From sequence record OQ101254.1: DNA of 64,000 nucleotides; one strand, written 5' to 3'. The translations under genes were made by a program, and so were the position numbers. This DNA is from Acinetobacter phage Acba_11. The notes beneath the pieces were generated by a model. The model was given only the letters and a program-made list of their open reading frames with translations. It searched no databases and was not told the DNA's origin. Positions 16,878 to 26,104 of this stretch are shown here, in pieces (the stretch's first letter is position 1; each line of letters starts with the position of its first letter).

Positions 16878-17834
16878 ATGACTACGACAGTTAATTCAGA
16901 CATGATCATCTATAATCAATTTGCTCAAACTGCTTATTTAGAGCGTTTGCAAGATAATTTGAATGTATTTAACCAAGCCTCTAATGGTGCAATTGTTTAT
17001 CGCAATGAGATCATTGAAGGTGATTTCAATAAAGAAGCATTCTACAAAGTGGGCGGTAGCATCAAACATCGTGATGTGAATTCAACCGCCAAAGTAGTTC
17101 CAGAGAAAATTGGTTCTGGTGAGTCTGTAGGCGTAAAAGTCCCATATAAATATGGTCCTTATGCATCAACTGAAGAGGCATTTAAGCGCCGTGCTCGTAC
17201 ACCAGAAGAATTTGCTATGGTTGTTGGTTACGATCTTGCAGATGCATTGGTTGCAGGCCGATTAGAGTACAGTTTAGCTTCTTTAAAAGCTGCTATTTCT
17301 AGCAATCCAGACATGGTTGCAAAAGGTAGTATCGTTGTTGATGGCCGCAAAGCATTGACTCGTGGTATGCGAAAGTTTGGTGATAAGTTTGGCCGCATTG
17401 GCTTATGGGTGATGAACTCAGATACATATTTCGATATTGTCGATGATGCAATCACTAAGCAAATTTATGGTGAATCTGAAATCGTTATCTACGGTGGTTT
17501 ACCGGGAACCTTAGGAAAGCCGGTCTTGGTGACGGACGCTGTAGGTGATAACGATGCTTTTGGTTTGCAGTATGGCGCTGTCACTGTAACTGAATCACAA
17601 GTACCGGGCTTCCGAGCTTATGACATGAATGATGAAGAAAACTTAGCAATCGGTATGCGTGCTGAAGGTGCATTTAACTTAGATATTCTTGGTTATAGTT
17701 GGGATACATCGAAAGGTGAAAATCCTGACCTTACATTACTTGGTTCAAGCGCTAACTGGATCAAATATGCAACCAGCAACAAAATGACAGCAGGTACCTT
17801 ACTTGATTTATCGGGTACAGCGACAACTGGTTAA
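16878..17834 (+). CDS. Major capsid protein, module A
   Basis: 318 aa, follows the scaffold gene, strong RBS GGAGATAAG. Paralog at 29304. Confidence 0.75.
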   Translation: MTTTVNSDMIIYNQFAQTAYLERLQDNLNVFNQASNGAIVYRNEIIEGDFNKEAFYKVGGSIKHRDVNSTAKVVPEKIGSGESVGVKVPYKYGPYASTEEAFKRRARTPEEFAMVVGYDLADALVAGRLEYSLASLKAAISSNPDMVAKGSIVVDGRKALTRGMRKFGDKFGRIGLWVMNSDTYFDIVDDAITKQIYGESEIVIYGGLPGTLGKPVLVTDAVGDNDAFGLQYGAVTVTESQVPGFRAYDMNDEENLAIGMRAEGAFNLDILGYSWDTSKGENPDLTLLGSSANWIKYATSNKMTAGTLLDLSGTATTG

Positions 17835-17854
17835 AACCTAAAAATTAAAACCTA

Positions 17855-17879
17855 AGGGGGCTAATAAGCCCTCTTTTTT
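17855..17879 (+). terminator. Intrinsic terminator after the major capsid gene
   Basis: AGGGGGC-TAATAA-GCCCTCT followed by TTTTTT. Confidence 0.6.
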
Positions 17880-17899
17880 ATTATTAAGAGAAAAGCGCC

Positions 17900-18565
17900 A
17901 TGAAGATTATCTATACACGCATTGCAGCAGCGGCTGCATTAGAGACAGGCATTATTGCTAACCCTGACTATTATGAAAACCCAAATTTGAAAGCAAAAGA
18001 GGTAATTATTTACGGTAATTATCCAAAGATTCAAAAGGATTATGAATCTTTGGAAGTTCCAGTTGAAGTTCGTAAGTTGGAAGTGCCACAAAAAACGACT
18101 TTGGCCACAGTAAATGTCGCAGTGGGAATTACCCCTGAACTTCAAGCTGTGATGGATGATGCAAAAGCTGAATGTGAAAAGGTAGTTGAAGAAAACACTC
18201 AGCTTAAGCAGAAAATTGCCATCTTAGAGCAGGCCGGTGGTAACCAGTCAGAGTTGTTATCTGAAAATTCACGATTAAAAGATGCAGCAGTTTTAGCAGA
18301 TAAAGCTCTCAAAGATGCTGAAGCTCAAGTGGTCGGTATAAAAACTGAATTTGAAGCTTTTAAAAATGATATTCCTGCAATGCAGGCACGTATTGCTGAA
18401 TTGGAAGCTGGAAAAGCGGCAGAAAACCCAGCTACAGAAACGGCAGCTAATGATTTTGAAAACTGGTCAAATGATCAATTAAAAGAGTATTTGGCTAGTA
18501 AAAACATTGGTTACAAGCCGTCTGCAACAAAAGCAGAACTTCTTAAATTAATCCCGAAGGAATAA
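17900..18565 (+). CDS. Head-associated coiled-coil protein with C-terminal HeH (Rho-N/SAP-like) motif, module A
   Basis: Central coiled coil. C-terminal LKEYLASKNIGYKPSATKAELLKLI. Confidence 0.4.
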   Translation: MKIIYTRIAAAAALETGIIANPDYYENPNLKAKEVIIYGNYPKIQKDYESLEVPVEVRKLEVPQKTTLATVNVAVGITPELQAVMDDAKAECEKVVEENTQLKQKIAILEQAGGNQSELLSENSRLKDAAVLADKALKDAEAQVVGIKTEFEAFKNDIPAMQARIAELEAGKAAENPATETAANDFENWSNDQLKEYLASKNIGYKPSATKAELLKLIPKE

Positions 18566-18569
18566 TGCA

Positions 18570-18959
18570 ATGAGCTTTATTACTGTAGATGACGCAAATT
18601 CAATTTTGGGCAGCGATTTTGCACCAGACAGTGATAAGGCTCGTCTGGTGAAGCTGGCAAATGTGTGGATGAAAAACAGAATTGGTTTTGTACCAGATCC
18701 AATTGATCCACTTCTTAAGGACGCGGCTTGTGAAATTATCAAAGGAATTCTGGCCAAAGTAATTTATAACGGCAAAGAGCAGCAGTTGAAGCGTAAGAAA
18801 GTTAAGGCTGATTCTGTTGAGTCAGAAAAAGAATTTCAAGACGGATCTGAAGCAATCTCTAGCTTTGAACAGATAGCAATTGATTTTATTGATTCACTTG
18901 ATTTGAAAGATCCAAATGCAAGTTTTAATGGCTTTGGCATACCACTTTACAGGGCATGA
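18570..18959 (+). CDS. Head-tail connector/adaptor protein candidate, module A
   Basis: Position after the capsid genes. Conserved in module B. Confidence 0.45.
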   Translation: MSFITVDDANSILGSDFAPDSDKARLVKLANVWMKNRIGFVPDPIDPLLKDAACEIIKGILAKVIYNGKEQQLKRKKVKADSVESEKEFQDGSEAISSFEQIAIDFIDSLDLKDPNASFNGFGIPLYRA

Positions 18960-19329
18960 TATGGGCTTACGTGACGAAATTCAGGCAGACATTGCTGAAG
19001 CATTTAATGATGATTTAGCAGATGCCATTCATACCTTTACATGTGAGCGGATCTCTAAAACGAATTGGGATCCTAAAACTGAAACTTATGTTGAAGTTAA
19101 AGAAAACTATTCTGGCCGTGGCGTTCTGTTTGGCTCATACAGTCAATATGAGATCCAAACACTTGGAGTACTGGCCACGGATAAAAAGGCAACCGTGCTT
19201 CAAAATGAAGTAACTATGACTCCAAAAATTGAAGATGAATGGTTAACTGCCTTAGGCTCATTCCGGGTAATTAATATTCAACAGGATCCAGCTAATACTA
19301 TTTGGAAATGTCAGCTTCGAAAAGTGTAG
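18916..19329 (+). CDS. Head completion protein candidate, module A
   Basis: Position. Paralog at 31341. Confidence 0.4.
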   Translation: MQVLMALAYHFTGHDMGLRDEIQADIAEAFNDDLADAIHTFTCERISKTNWDPKTETYVEVKENYSGRGVLFGSYSQYEIQTLGVLATDKKATVLQNEVTMTPKIEDEWLTALGSFRVINIQQDPANTIWKCQLRKV

Positions 19330-19337
19330 GGGCTAAA

Positions 19338-19742
19338 ATGGTTAATCCTGATTATGTTCCTGAATGGTATATCTCGCCTTTTCAACATGTGCAGTACACG
19401 CTTGCTCGAAATCAACTACACATGGATTTGTTATTTGAAGATATGGATAAGGCCGATCAATTTTTGGATATGGGAGCGGATGCGCAAGTTAGTACTTTTT
19501 CTGATGGTGCATATGCAATCGTCCAAATTGGTGATACGGCGGATAAAGACCGAATTCAAGTTTATGGATTGCTTTTACATGAAGCTGTTCATGTCTGGCA
19601 AAAGATTAAAAAGCTCATGGGTGAACGAGAACCGAGCTCTGAGTTTGAAGCTTATTCAATTCAGGCGATCGCTCAAGACCTTTTTAAAATGTATGAAGAA
19701 AGCGAGGTGAATGATGGGATGGAAGGGGAAAAAGCCAACTGA
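19338..19742 (+). CDS. Head-tail joining protein candidate, module A (ATG 19338)
   Basis: RBS AGGGGC. Paralog at 31763. Confidence 0.4.
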   Translation: MVNPDYVPEWYISPFQHVQYTLARNQLHMDLLFEDMDKADQFLDMGADAQVSTFSDGAYAIVQIGDTADKDRIQVYGLLLHEAVHVWQKIKKLMGEREPSSEFEAYSIQAIAQDLFKMYEESEVNDGMEGEKAN

Positions 19743-20082
19743 ATTTAGTTTTGATGTGTCTAAAGCAGCAGAAGACCAGGTGAAGCATATTGTTATGGAT
19801 ACTGTGCAATCCTTAGTTAATTTAAGTCCTGTTGATACTGGAGCATACCGTGCTTCACATATTGTTTCGGTTGGATCTGCTGATTTCGGCGTGCGTGAAC
19901 CTGAAACAAACCCTATTAACGACGCAGCGATTCAGGCAATGAAGATTAAGTTAGGTAATTTGGTTTATATCCAGAACAATAAAGCTTATGGACCGCGCTT
20001 AGAAAACGGCTGGTCTGATCAAGCACCACAAGGTATTTATGGCCTCACGTTTAACTTTATTTCTCAAAAGTACGGTGGCTAA
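19711..20082 (+). CDS. Head-tail joining/tail completion protein candidate, module A
   Basis: RBS GAGGTG. Paralog at 32139. Confidence 0.4.
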   Translation: MMGWKGKKPTEFSFDVSKAAEDQVKHIVMDTVQSLVNLSPVDTGAYRASHIVSVGSADFGVREPETNPINDAAIQAMKIKLGNLVYIQNNKAYGPRLENGWSDQAPQGIYGLTFNFISQKYGG

Positions 20083-20083
20083 A

Positions 20084-20482
20084 ATGGCAATGACTTTAGA
20101 GCAGACAAGGCAAGCTATTATTGATCGCATGCAAAGCTTTACGGGTATTGCTCAAGAACGGATTCAGTATCCAAATGCACCTGACTTTACTGTTCCAACA
20201 AAAGGTGTATGGTGCCGTTTAACGATTGCAGGTGGCCCGAGTTTTACCTCAGGCATTGCAGATAAGCCATGTACACGCCGTACCGGTAATATCATGATCC
20301 AATGCTTTGACCGATTACATACTGGAGAGAAGGCCGTAACGGTTCTAAGCGATGCATTGCTGGCTCATTTTGAATATTTCACAATCGAACACTTAGAATG
20401 TTTGAATGGCCAATCTATTTATGCGGGTAAAGATGCTGATTTCATTCAGTATAATGTGAGCATTGGGTACAAGGTGAATTGA
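20084..20482 (+). CDS. Tail completion protein candidate, module A (ATG 20084)
   Basis: RBS GGTGG. Paralog at 32509. Confidence 0.4.
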   Translation: MAMTLEQTRQAIIDRMQSFTGIAQERIQYPNAPDFTVPTKGVWCRLTIAGGPSFTSGIADKPCTRRTGNIMIQCFDRLHTGEKAVTVLSDALLAHFEYFTIEHLECLNGQSIYAGKDADFIQYNVSIGYKVN

Positions 20483-20483
20483 T

Positions 20484-20702
20484 ATGTCATGTATGCTGAC
20501 TTTAGAAGAAATCGAAATTAAACGGCAAGAACTGGAACGGCATCTTGAAGATGTTATGTCTGTTGAGTTGAGCAAATGGCAATCTGAAAACAAGCTATGT
20601 GTTTCTGATGTGAATATACGCTTGGCTAATGTTGTTAGTCTCGGAGGGCCTAAACATAACGTTGTTACTGGAGTAAGTGTCGATTTAGATAATGAGCTTT
20701 GA
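20484..20702 (+). CDS. Hypothetical 72-aa protein ending module A
   Basis: ATGA coupling to the upstream gene. Paralog at 32909. Confidence 0.4.
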   Translation: MSCMLTLEEIEIKRQELERHLEDVMSVELSKWQSENKLCVSDVNIRLANVVSLGGPKHNVVTGVSVDLDNEL

Positions 20703-20846
20703 GTTCAAGAAAAAGCTACTGCAAGGCGATTATTTTTAATGACCTCAGCATATTATCATTTGTGATTACATTCTGTTACAGATAATCTTTCATTTAATGA
20801 GTTAGATGAATTGAAAAGACAGTTCTTTGATGAAAAATAGAATAAA

Positions 20847-20868
20847 GCCACCCTCGGGTGGTTTTTTA
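20847..20868 (+). terminator. Terminator-like hairpin (CCACC-CTCG-GGTGG plus T6) followed by ATTGCG
   Basis: Homologous to the 33180-33203 hairpin that ends module B. Confidence 0.55.
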
Positions 20869-20881
20869 TTGCGAGGTCAAA

Positions 20882-21373
20882 ATGGAATTCAGACAAGTTG
20901 TTAAGAACCATTGCGACATTGCGCCAGTCACTAACTTTCTTAATGTGAATCATGGTAAGGCAGCGAGTGAAGGGAAGCCGTTAGTTGTATTGATTGCACC
21001 TCAAGAGAAAGACCGGACGAAAGCTCAAAACCGTTTGTACTGGATGTGGCTAAATCAGTGGGCTAAGAAGCAGGGAACGGATAAAGACTATGAACATCTG
21101 TTCTTTAAGAAGAACTTCTTATCCAAAATCTATGATCGTGATGACGTTGGCCAATACAAGAAAACATTCAAGGCTGTTAGAGAGTTGAAGGATTCTAAGC
21201 ATCCTCTTTATCAAGATGTAGCAAACGGCCTATGCGAGCTAATGAGCACTACAGACGCAAGTACAGCTCAATTCACAGAATACCTAAACGACATTCACGC
21301 ATTCTGCAATAAAAACGGGTGTTATTTGGAAACGCCTGATGATTTAAAATGGTGTTATAGTGATCCTTTATAA
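20882..21373 (+). CDS. ninB: NinB-like recombination protein (lambda NinB/Orf family)
   Basis: VVLIAPQEKDRTKAQNRLYWMWL vs lambda IVVTIQERNRSLDQNRKLWACL; C-terminal AQFTEYLNDIHAF vs EFAELLELIQAF. Confidence 0.55.
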   Translation: MEFRQVVKNHCDIAPVTNFLNVNHGKAASEGKPLVVLIAPQEKDRTKAQNRLYWMWLNQWAKKQGTDKDYEHLFFKKNFLSKIYDRDDVGQYKKTFKAVRELKDSKHPLYQDVANGLCELMSTTDASTAQFTEYLNDIHAFCNKNGCYLETPDDLKWCYSDPL

Positions 21374-21390
21374 TAAATAAGGGTCTATAA

Positions 21391-21624
21391 ATGTCAGAAA
21401 AGCGTGAATTTTCGGTAAAAGCTAAAGCAGAAGATGGCACTACAAACGGTTATGTAGTTGAGTTTGATATTTTTGATACACTAAACTTGGATGATGGGGA
21501 ATTTAAAAGCAAATCCTTCATTCCAAATGTAGTCATAATTGATCAAAATCGGATCCCAGTTTATTCAAAGAAATTTAGAGATCCGAGAGACGATAAAGAA
21601 TATACGATTCAAGGTAATTTTTAG
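21391..21624 (+). CDS. Hypothetical protein
   Basis: ORF with terminator at 21630-21650. Confidence 0.35.
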   Translation: MSEKREFSVKAKAEDGTTNGYVVEFDIFDTLNLDDGEFKSKSFIPNVVIIDQNRIPVYSKKFRDPRDDKEYTIQGNF

Positions 21625-21664
21625 TAGAACCGCCCAAGTGGCGGTTTTTTAATGGGCGAGAATA

Positions 21665-22099
21665 ATGGATTCTACAGAATACTTTTGGCTTACTCGGAAA
21701 AAAGAACCTAAAACTAAACCTAAAAGCCGGCCACTGCCAAAGCCTACACAAAAATATCTCGAGGCTGAGGCAACACTTAAGGAAGAGCTTGAGGATTTGT
21801 CGATTGGATTTGAACAGAAGTTTCAGCCGATCCATACCAAACACTGGCGCTTTGATTTTCATATTGTGAAATTGCGTTTGCTCATTGAAATTGAGGGTGG
21901 GCCCTGGTCTGGTGGACGTGGTGGAAAGCTGGCAAATAAAGCATGGAGTCTTGATCAATATGATCAAGCTGAAGAGATGGGTTATAAAATAGAGCGCTTT
22001 CATCCAGATTCTATTTTGTCGGGATATGTCATCAACTGGATAAAAAGTGAATTAGCGAGAATTGAAGATGGAGCAGATCAGACCATTTCCACCGACTGA
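21665..22099 (+). CDS. Endonuclease-fold protein (Vsr/DUF559-like), module B
   Basis: HWRFDFHIVKLRLLIEIEGGPWSGG. About 60 percent identical to the 9205 product. Confidence 0.45.
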   Translation: MDSTEYFWLTRKKEPKTKPKSRPLPKPTQKYLEAEATLKEELEDLSIGFEQKFQPIHTKHWRFDFHIVKLRLLIEIEGGPWSGGRGGKLANKAWSLDQYDQAEEMGYKIERFHPDSILSGYVINWIKSELARIEDGADQTISTD

Positions 22100-22709
22100 T
22101 TTTATTGATCAAGCTGAAGAAGAGGAAGCAATTAGACTAACACCAGCACCGGACTTAAAAAAATGGGTTGTGGCTAATTACTTAACTATTGGGGGTCCTA
22201 TTTATAATCCAGATCATGATCATATTGCTGAGCTGCTTCATGATAATGACGAGTTTTTAGCATTCGCGTGGGCCTCTTCTGCATATAAAAGCAAGCAAGC
22301 TATGGTGTTAGGCCAGTGCGAAAAAGTCATGTTCAATGTTGGTGGCTGGCGTAAAGCTCGACAAGAGCAACAGATGCGTGATTGGTTTGGTTTTGTACCT
22401 ACTTATTTAATAACTGTCGACGCTTCTTTCTGTGAGCGTGCAAACGATACAGAGTTCTGTTACTTACTTGAACATGAGCTTTACCACATTGGAGTGATGA
22501 GAGACGAGGACGGAGAAATTGTTTATAGCGATAGTTCTGGTCTTCCTAAGCACTATCTTGCTGGTCATGACGTTGAAGAGTTTATTGGCGTAGTTAAACG
22601 TTATGGACCAAGCAAAAATGTTAAGCGACTTATTGAAGTCGCAAAAAATCCGCCGTTTGTTTCGAATCTTGATATTTCAAAATGCTGCGGCAACTGTGTA
22701 ATCAATTGA
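22062..22709 (+). CDS. HExxH metallopeptidase-like protein, module B
   Basis: LLEHELYHIGVM. Over 95 percent identical to the 9641 product. Confidence 0.45.
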   Translation: MKMEQIRPFPPTDFIDQAEEEEAIRLTPAPDLKKWVVANYLTIGGPIYNPDHDHIAELLHDNDEFLAFAWASSAYKSKQAMVLGQCEKVMFNVGGWRKARQEQQMRDWFGFVPTYLITVDASFCERANDTEFCYLLEHELYHIGVMRDEDGEIVYSDSSGLPKHYLAGHDVEEFIGVVKRYGPSKNVKRLIEVAKNPPFVSNLDISKCCGNCVIN

Positions 22710-22767
22710 GCCTAATGGCTCTTTTTTTTGCCCATTTTGTTATACGTAGTTATACGATGAGGAAGTT

Positions 22768-23238
22768 ATGGCGACACTAAAAGAGCCTGTGAAAATCTTT
22801 ATAGTTCAGTCTCTTGCTTGTCGTGATACACCTCAAGAAGTGGCTGAACTCGTAAAACAAGAGTTTGGCGTTGATATAGATCGTGTTCAAGTTGCAACTT
22901 ATGACCCTACAAAGGTTGCTGGTAAGAACTTAAGCAAAAAGTATGTCGAACTATTTGAAAAAACCAGAGATGAGTTTGATAAAGGCTTAATTGATATTCC
23001 AATTGCTAATAAGTACTACCGATTGAAGCAATACCAAAGACAACTTGAGAAGACTAGAAACGTCAAAACAGCCTTAAAAATTCTTGAGCAAGCCGCTAAA
23101 GACATTGGTGGTCAATTTACTAATCGCCAAGAAATTACAGGCAAAGACGGCGGACCAGTCCAAACAGTTAATTCAGAAATTCCAGTTCCAATGGAAGATT
23201 ACTTAAAAGCGCGGAGGGAAGTCTTAGATGAGTACTGA
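22768..23238 (+). CDS. terS: Putative terminase small subunit, module B
   Basis: Paralog of 10341..10811. N-terminal third diverged, C-terminal two thirds near-identical. Confidence 0.5.
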   Translation: MATLKEPVKIFIVQSLACRDTPQEVAELVKQEFGVDIDRVQVATYDPTKVAGKNLSKKYVELFEKTRDEFDKGLIDIPIANKYYRLKQYQRQLEKTRNVKTALKILEQAAKDIGGQFTNRQEITGKDGGPVQTVNSEIPVPMEDYLKARREVLDEY

Positions 23239-24655
23239 TGCGGCTCGGGATAAAGCCATCCGGATCGAGGCGCAAGAAGATTTATATTTCTTCACAAGGT
23301 ACATGTTTAAGGAGCGCCGTGGTTATAAATGGATGCAAAATTGGCACCACTTAGAAATCTGCGAAGCTTTAATGAAAGTTTATCGCGGAGAGATAAAGCG
23401 GTTAATTATTAACGTTCCACCACGATATTCTAAAACTGAAATTGCTGTAATTAATTTCATGGCTTGGTGTTTTGGTAAGAATCCAGACTGTGAGTTTATT
23501 CATATCAGTTACTCGGCAATGCTTGCCGCAAATAATGCCTTCCAAATACGAACTCTTGTACAAGAAGAGGCGTATAGAAAAGTCTTTCCTGAGCTTACAT
23601 TGCGTGATGATAGTAAGGCTAAAGACTTCTGGAGAACTTCTCAAGGCGGTGTCTGCTATGCGACAGGTACAGGCGGTACGATTACTGGTTTTGGTGCAGG
23701 AAAACTTCGTAAAGGCTTTGGTGGCTGCATTATTATTGATGACCCACATAAAGCACATGAAGCTTCATCAAAAACTATTCGAGAAGGGGTAATTGATTGG
23801 TTTCAGAACACACTCGAATCGCGTACTAACTCGCCAGATACGCCGATCATTGTGATTATGCAGCGACTTCATGAAGATGATTTAGCTGGATGGTTGCTAG
23901 GTGATAGAAAAGACGGCGTTCCTGTAGCTGGTGGTAACGGTGAAGTGTGGGAGCATCTATGTCTTTCAGCTATTCAGGAAGACGGATCCGCACTGTGGCC
24001 AGCAAAACACAATATCCAAAAATTGAGGCTAATGGAGCAAGCAGCACCATATGTATTTGCCGGGCAGTACCGACAAATGCCATCACCGCCAGCAGGCGGT
24101 TTTTTTAAGCCCGACAATATTCAAATTGTTGATGCTTTGCCTGCGGATGTAGTGAAACAAGTTAGGGCTTGGGATTTTGGGGCTACCGAAAATGAGGGCG
24201 ACTTTACAGTAGGTGTGCGAGAAGCTCTAGGCGCAGATGGTTTTACTTACATTGTCGATGTAACTAGAGGACAGCTTGGACCTGACAATGTGAATAAGCG
24301 CTTAGAACAAACAGCAAAAATAGATGGGAAAAACGTTTCTGTGCGTCTACCACAAGATCCCGGTCAAGCTGGTAAATCACAAGCTAGTTCATTTGTGAAG
24401 CTTCTTGCGGGTTATAGCGTGATAGCTAAGCCAATTTCAGGTGACAAGCTTACACGTGCACAACCATTTGCGGCCCAAGTTAACGTAGGAAATGTACGAA
24501 TGCTCAAAGGTGAATGGAATAAGGATTTTATTGATGAGCTTCGTCATTTTCCTAATGGCACACATGACGACCAAGTGGATGCAGCTTCAGATGCGTTTAA
24601 TGAATTACATGAAGGTTTTGAAGCCTTCTTTGCTGATATGGGATTTGCTCGATGA
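23228..24655 (+). CDS. terL: Terminase large subunit, module B
   Basis: 475 aa, about 90 percent identical by eye to the 10801 product. All motifs intact. Confidence 0.85.
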   Translation: MSTDAARDKAIRIEAQEDLYFFTRYMFKERRGYKWMQNWHHLEICEALMKVYRGEIKRLIINVPPRYSKTEIAVINFMAWCFGKNPDCEFIHISYSAMLAANNAFQIRTLVQEEAYRKVFPELTLRDDSKAKDFWRTSQGGVCYATGTGGTITGFGAGKLRKGFGGCIIIDDPHKAHEASSKTIREGVIDWFQNTLESRTNSPDTPIIVIMQRLHEDDLAGWLLGDRKDGVPVAGGNGEVWEHLCLSAIQEDGSALWPAKHNIQKLRLMEQAAPYVFAGQYRQMPSPPAGGFFKPDNIQIVDALPADVVKQVRAWDFGATENEGDFTVGVREALGADGFTYIVDVTRGQLGPDNVNKRLEQTAKIDGKNVSVRLPQDPGQAGKSQASSFVKLLAGYSVIAKPISGDKLTRAQPFAAQVNVGNVRMLKGEWNKDFIDELRHFPNGTHDDQVDAASDAFNELHEGFEAFFADMGFAR

Positions 24656-26103
24656 GTGATGTAACTTTTCAACATGCTGAATATGTTAAGAACTTGCCAT
24701 ACTGGCAAAAACTTGATGATGTTTGTGAAGGTGAAGATGCAGTTAAGGCTAAAGGTGAAAAATATTTGCCGATGCCAAATGCACATGATAAATCACCTGC
24801 AAATAAAAGCGCTTATGAGGCTTATCTTACCCGTGCAGTCTTTTATGAAGTAACAGGGACTACATTAAATAGTTTAGTTGGTGCAGCTTTTGCAACCGAT
24901 CCAAGTTTTAAATTTCCTCCGGAACTTGCTCATTTAGAACGTAATGCAAATGGTGCTGGTTTAAGTACTTATCAATTGGCTCAAAATGGAATTCGCCATT
25001 TATTGAAGCATTATCGTTGTGCTTTATATGTAGATTATCCTGATGTGCCGCCAGCTCGTAATCTAGCGGAATTTAAAGCACAAAAAGCCTATCCGATGAT
25101 TCATTTACTAAATGCCCTTGATGTAGTGAATTGGGATTCAGTAATGATCGATAACCAGAAAAAGCTTTGCTTAGTGGTTATACGTGAATTTAAGTCTGAG
25201 CGCGGTGCTGATGGATTTAGTAAAACCGAACAAGAGCAATATCGTGTACTTCGTTTAGAGCAAGAGGGAAATGGGGAATATATTTATTCCGTTCAGGTGT
25301 ACACAAAGGGTGAAAAGGGTAACTGGGTTGGCGGAGAGAAGAAGTTTCCAACAGATTACAACGGGAATTTCTGGACCTATATACCTTTTACATTTGTAGG
25401 TGCAATTGATAATTCAGAAGAGATTAAAAAGCCACCATTACTTCCTTTGGCTAATCTCAATTTAGCCCATTACAGAGACAGTGCGGACTTTCAAGAGTCC
25501 GTTTTTTATATGGGGCAACCTCAATATTATGCGAAGGGTGTTAATTGGGAGTGGTATGACCAAGCCAAGAAACGTGGCATCTACATTGGAGCGAAAGTAC
25601 TTTTGCCTTTACCTGAAAATGGTGGTTTAGGAATTGTACAAGCCGACCCTAATACTCTTGCCCGGGAAGCGATGAAAGATAAGTGGGAAAAAATGAAGGA
25701 GATGGGGGCGCGTTTAATTGAGAAGGGCTCGGGAAGTAAAAAGACCGCTACCGAAGCGAATAGTGATGACGCCGTTCAGCATTCAGTTCTTTCGCTCTGT
25801 GTCGTTAATATGAATGAAGCCTTGTCAGCAGCATTACGATGGGCTGCTAAGTTTGTAACGCCTAATGTGGATGTTCTAACTAAAGATGATTTGATGTTCG
25901 AAATCAGTCAAGAATTTAACAAACAGGGTTATTTAGCTGAGTTAGCTCGACAGTTATTTGAAGCAGCTCTACAAGGCCGATCTTCATTTAAATCATGGTG
26001 GGAATACAACCAAACAGGTATGTTCCCTAAACAAAAATATGAAGAAGAGCTTCAGAATGTTGAAGCAGAGCAAGATGGGACTTTAAATCAAAAGGTAGAG
26101 TGA
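24652..26103 (+). CDS. Portal protein, module B
   Basis: 483 aa paralog of 12225..13676. Confidence 0.75.
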   Translation: MSDVTFQHAEYVKNLPYWQKLDDVCEGEDAVKAKGEKYLPMPNAHDKSPANKSAYEAYLTRAVFYEVTGTTLNSLVGAAFATDPSFKFPPELAHLERNANGAGLSTYQLAQNGIRHLLKHYRCALYVDYPDVPPARNLAEFKAQKAYPMIHLLNALDVVNWDSVMIDNQKKLCLVVIREFKSERGADGFSKTEQEQYRVLRLEQEGNGEYIYSVQVYTKGEKGNWVGGEKKFPTDYNGNFWTYIPFTFVGAIDNSEEIKKPPLLPLANLNLAHYRDSADFQESVFYMGQPQYYAKGVNWEWYDQAKKRGIYIGAKVLLPLPENGGLGIVQADPNTLAREAMKDKWEKMKEMGARLIEKGSGSKKTATEANSDDAVQHSVLSLCVVNMNEALSAALRWAAKFVTPNVDVLTKDDLMFEISQEFNKQGYLAELARQLFEAALQGRSSFKSWWEYNQTGMFPKQKYEEELQNVEAEQDGTLNQKVE

Positions 26104-26104
26104 G

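Noticed and set aside
9205-21660. Module A as a capsid-forming phage satellite (cf-PICI-like) integrated next to its helper
   Set aside because: Module A has no own integrase, replication or regulatory genes and is contiguous with the phage early operon. Mentioned as a hypothesis only, not called as a satellite.
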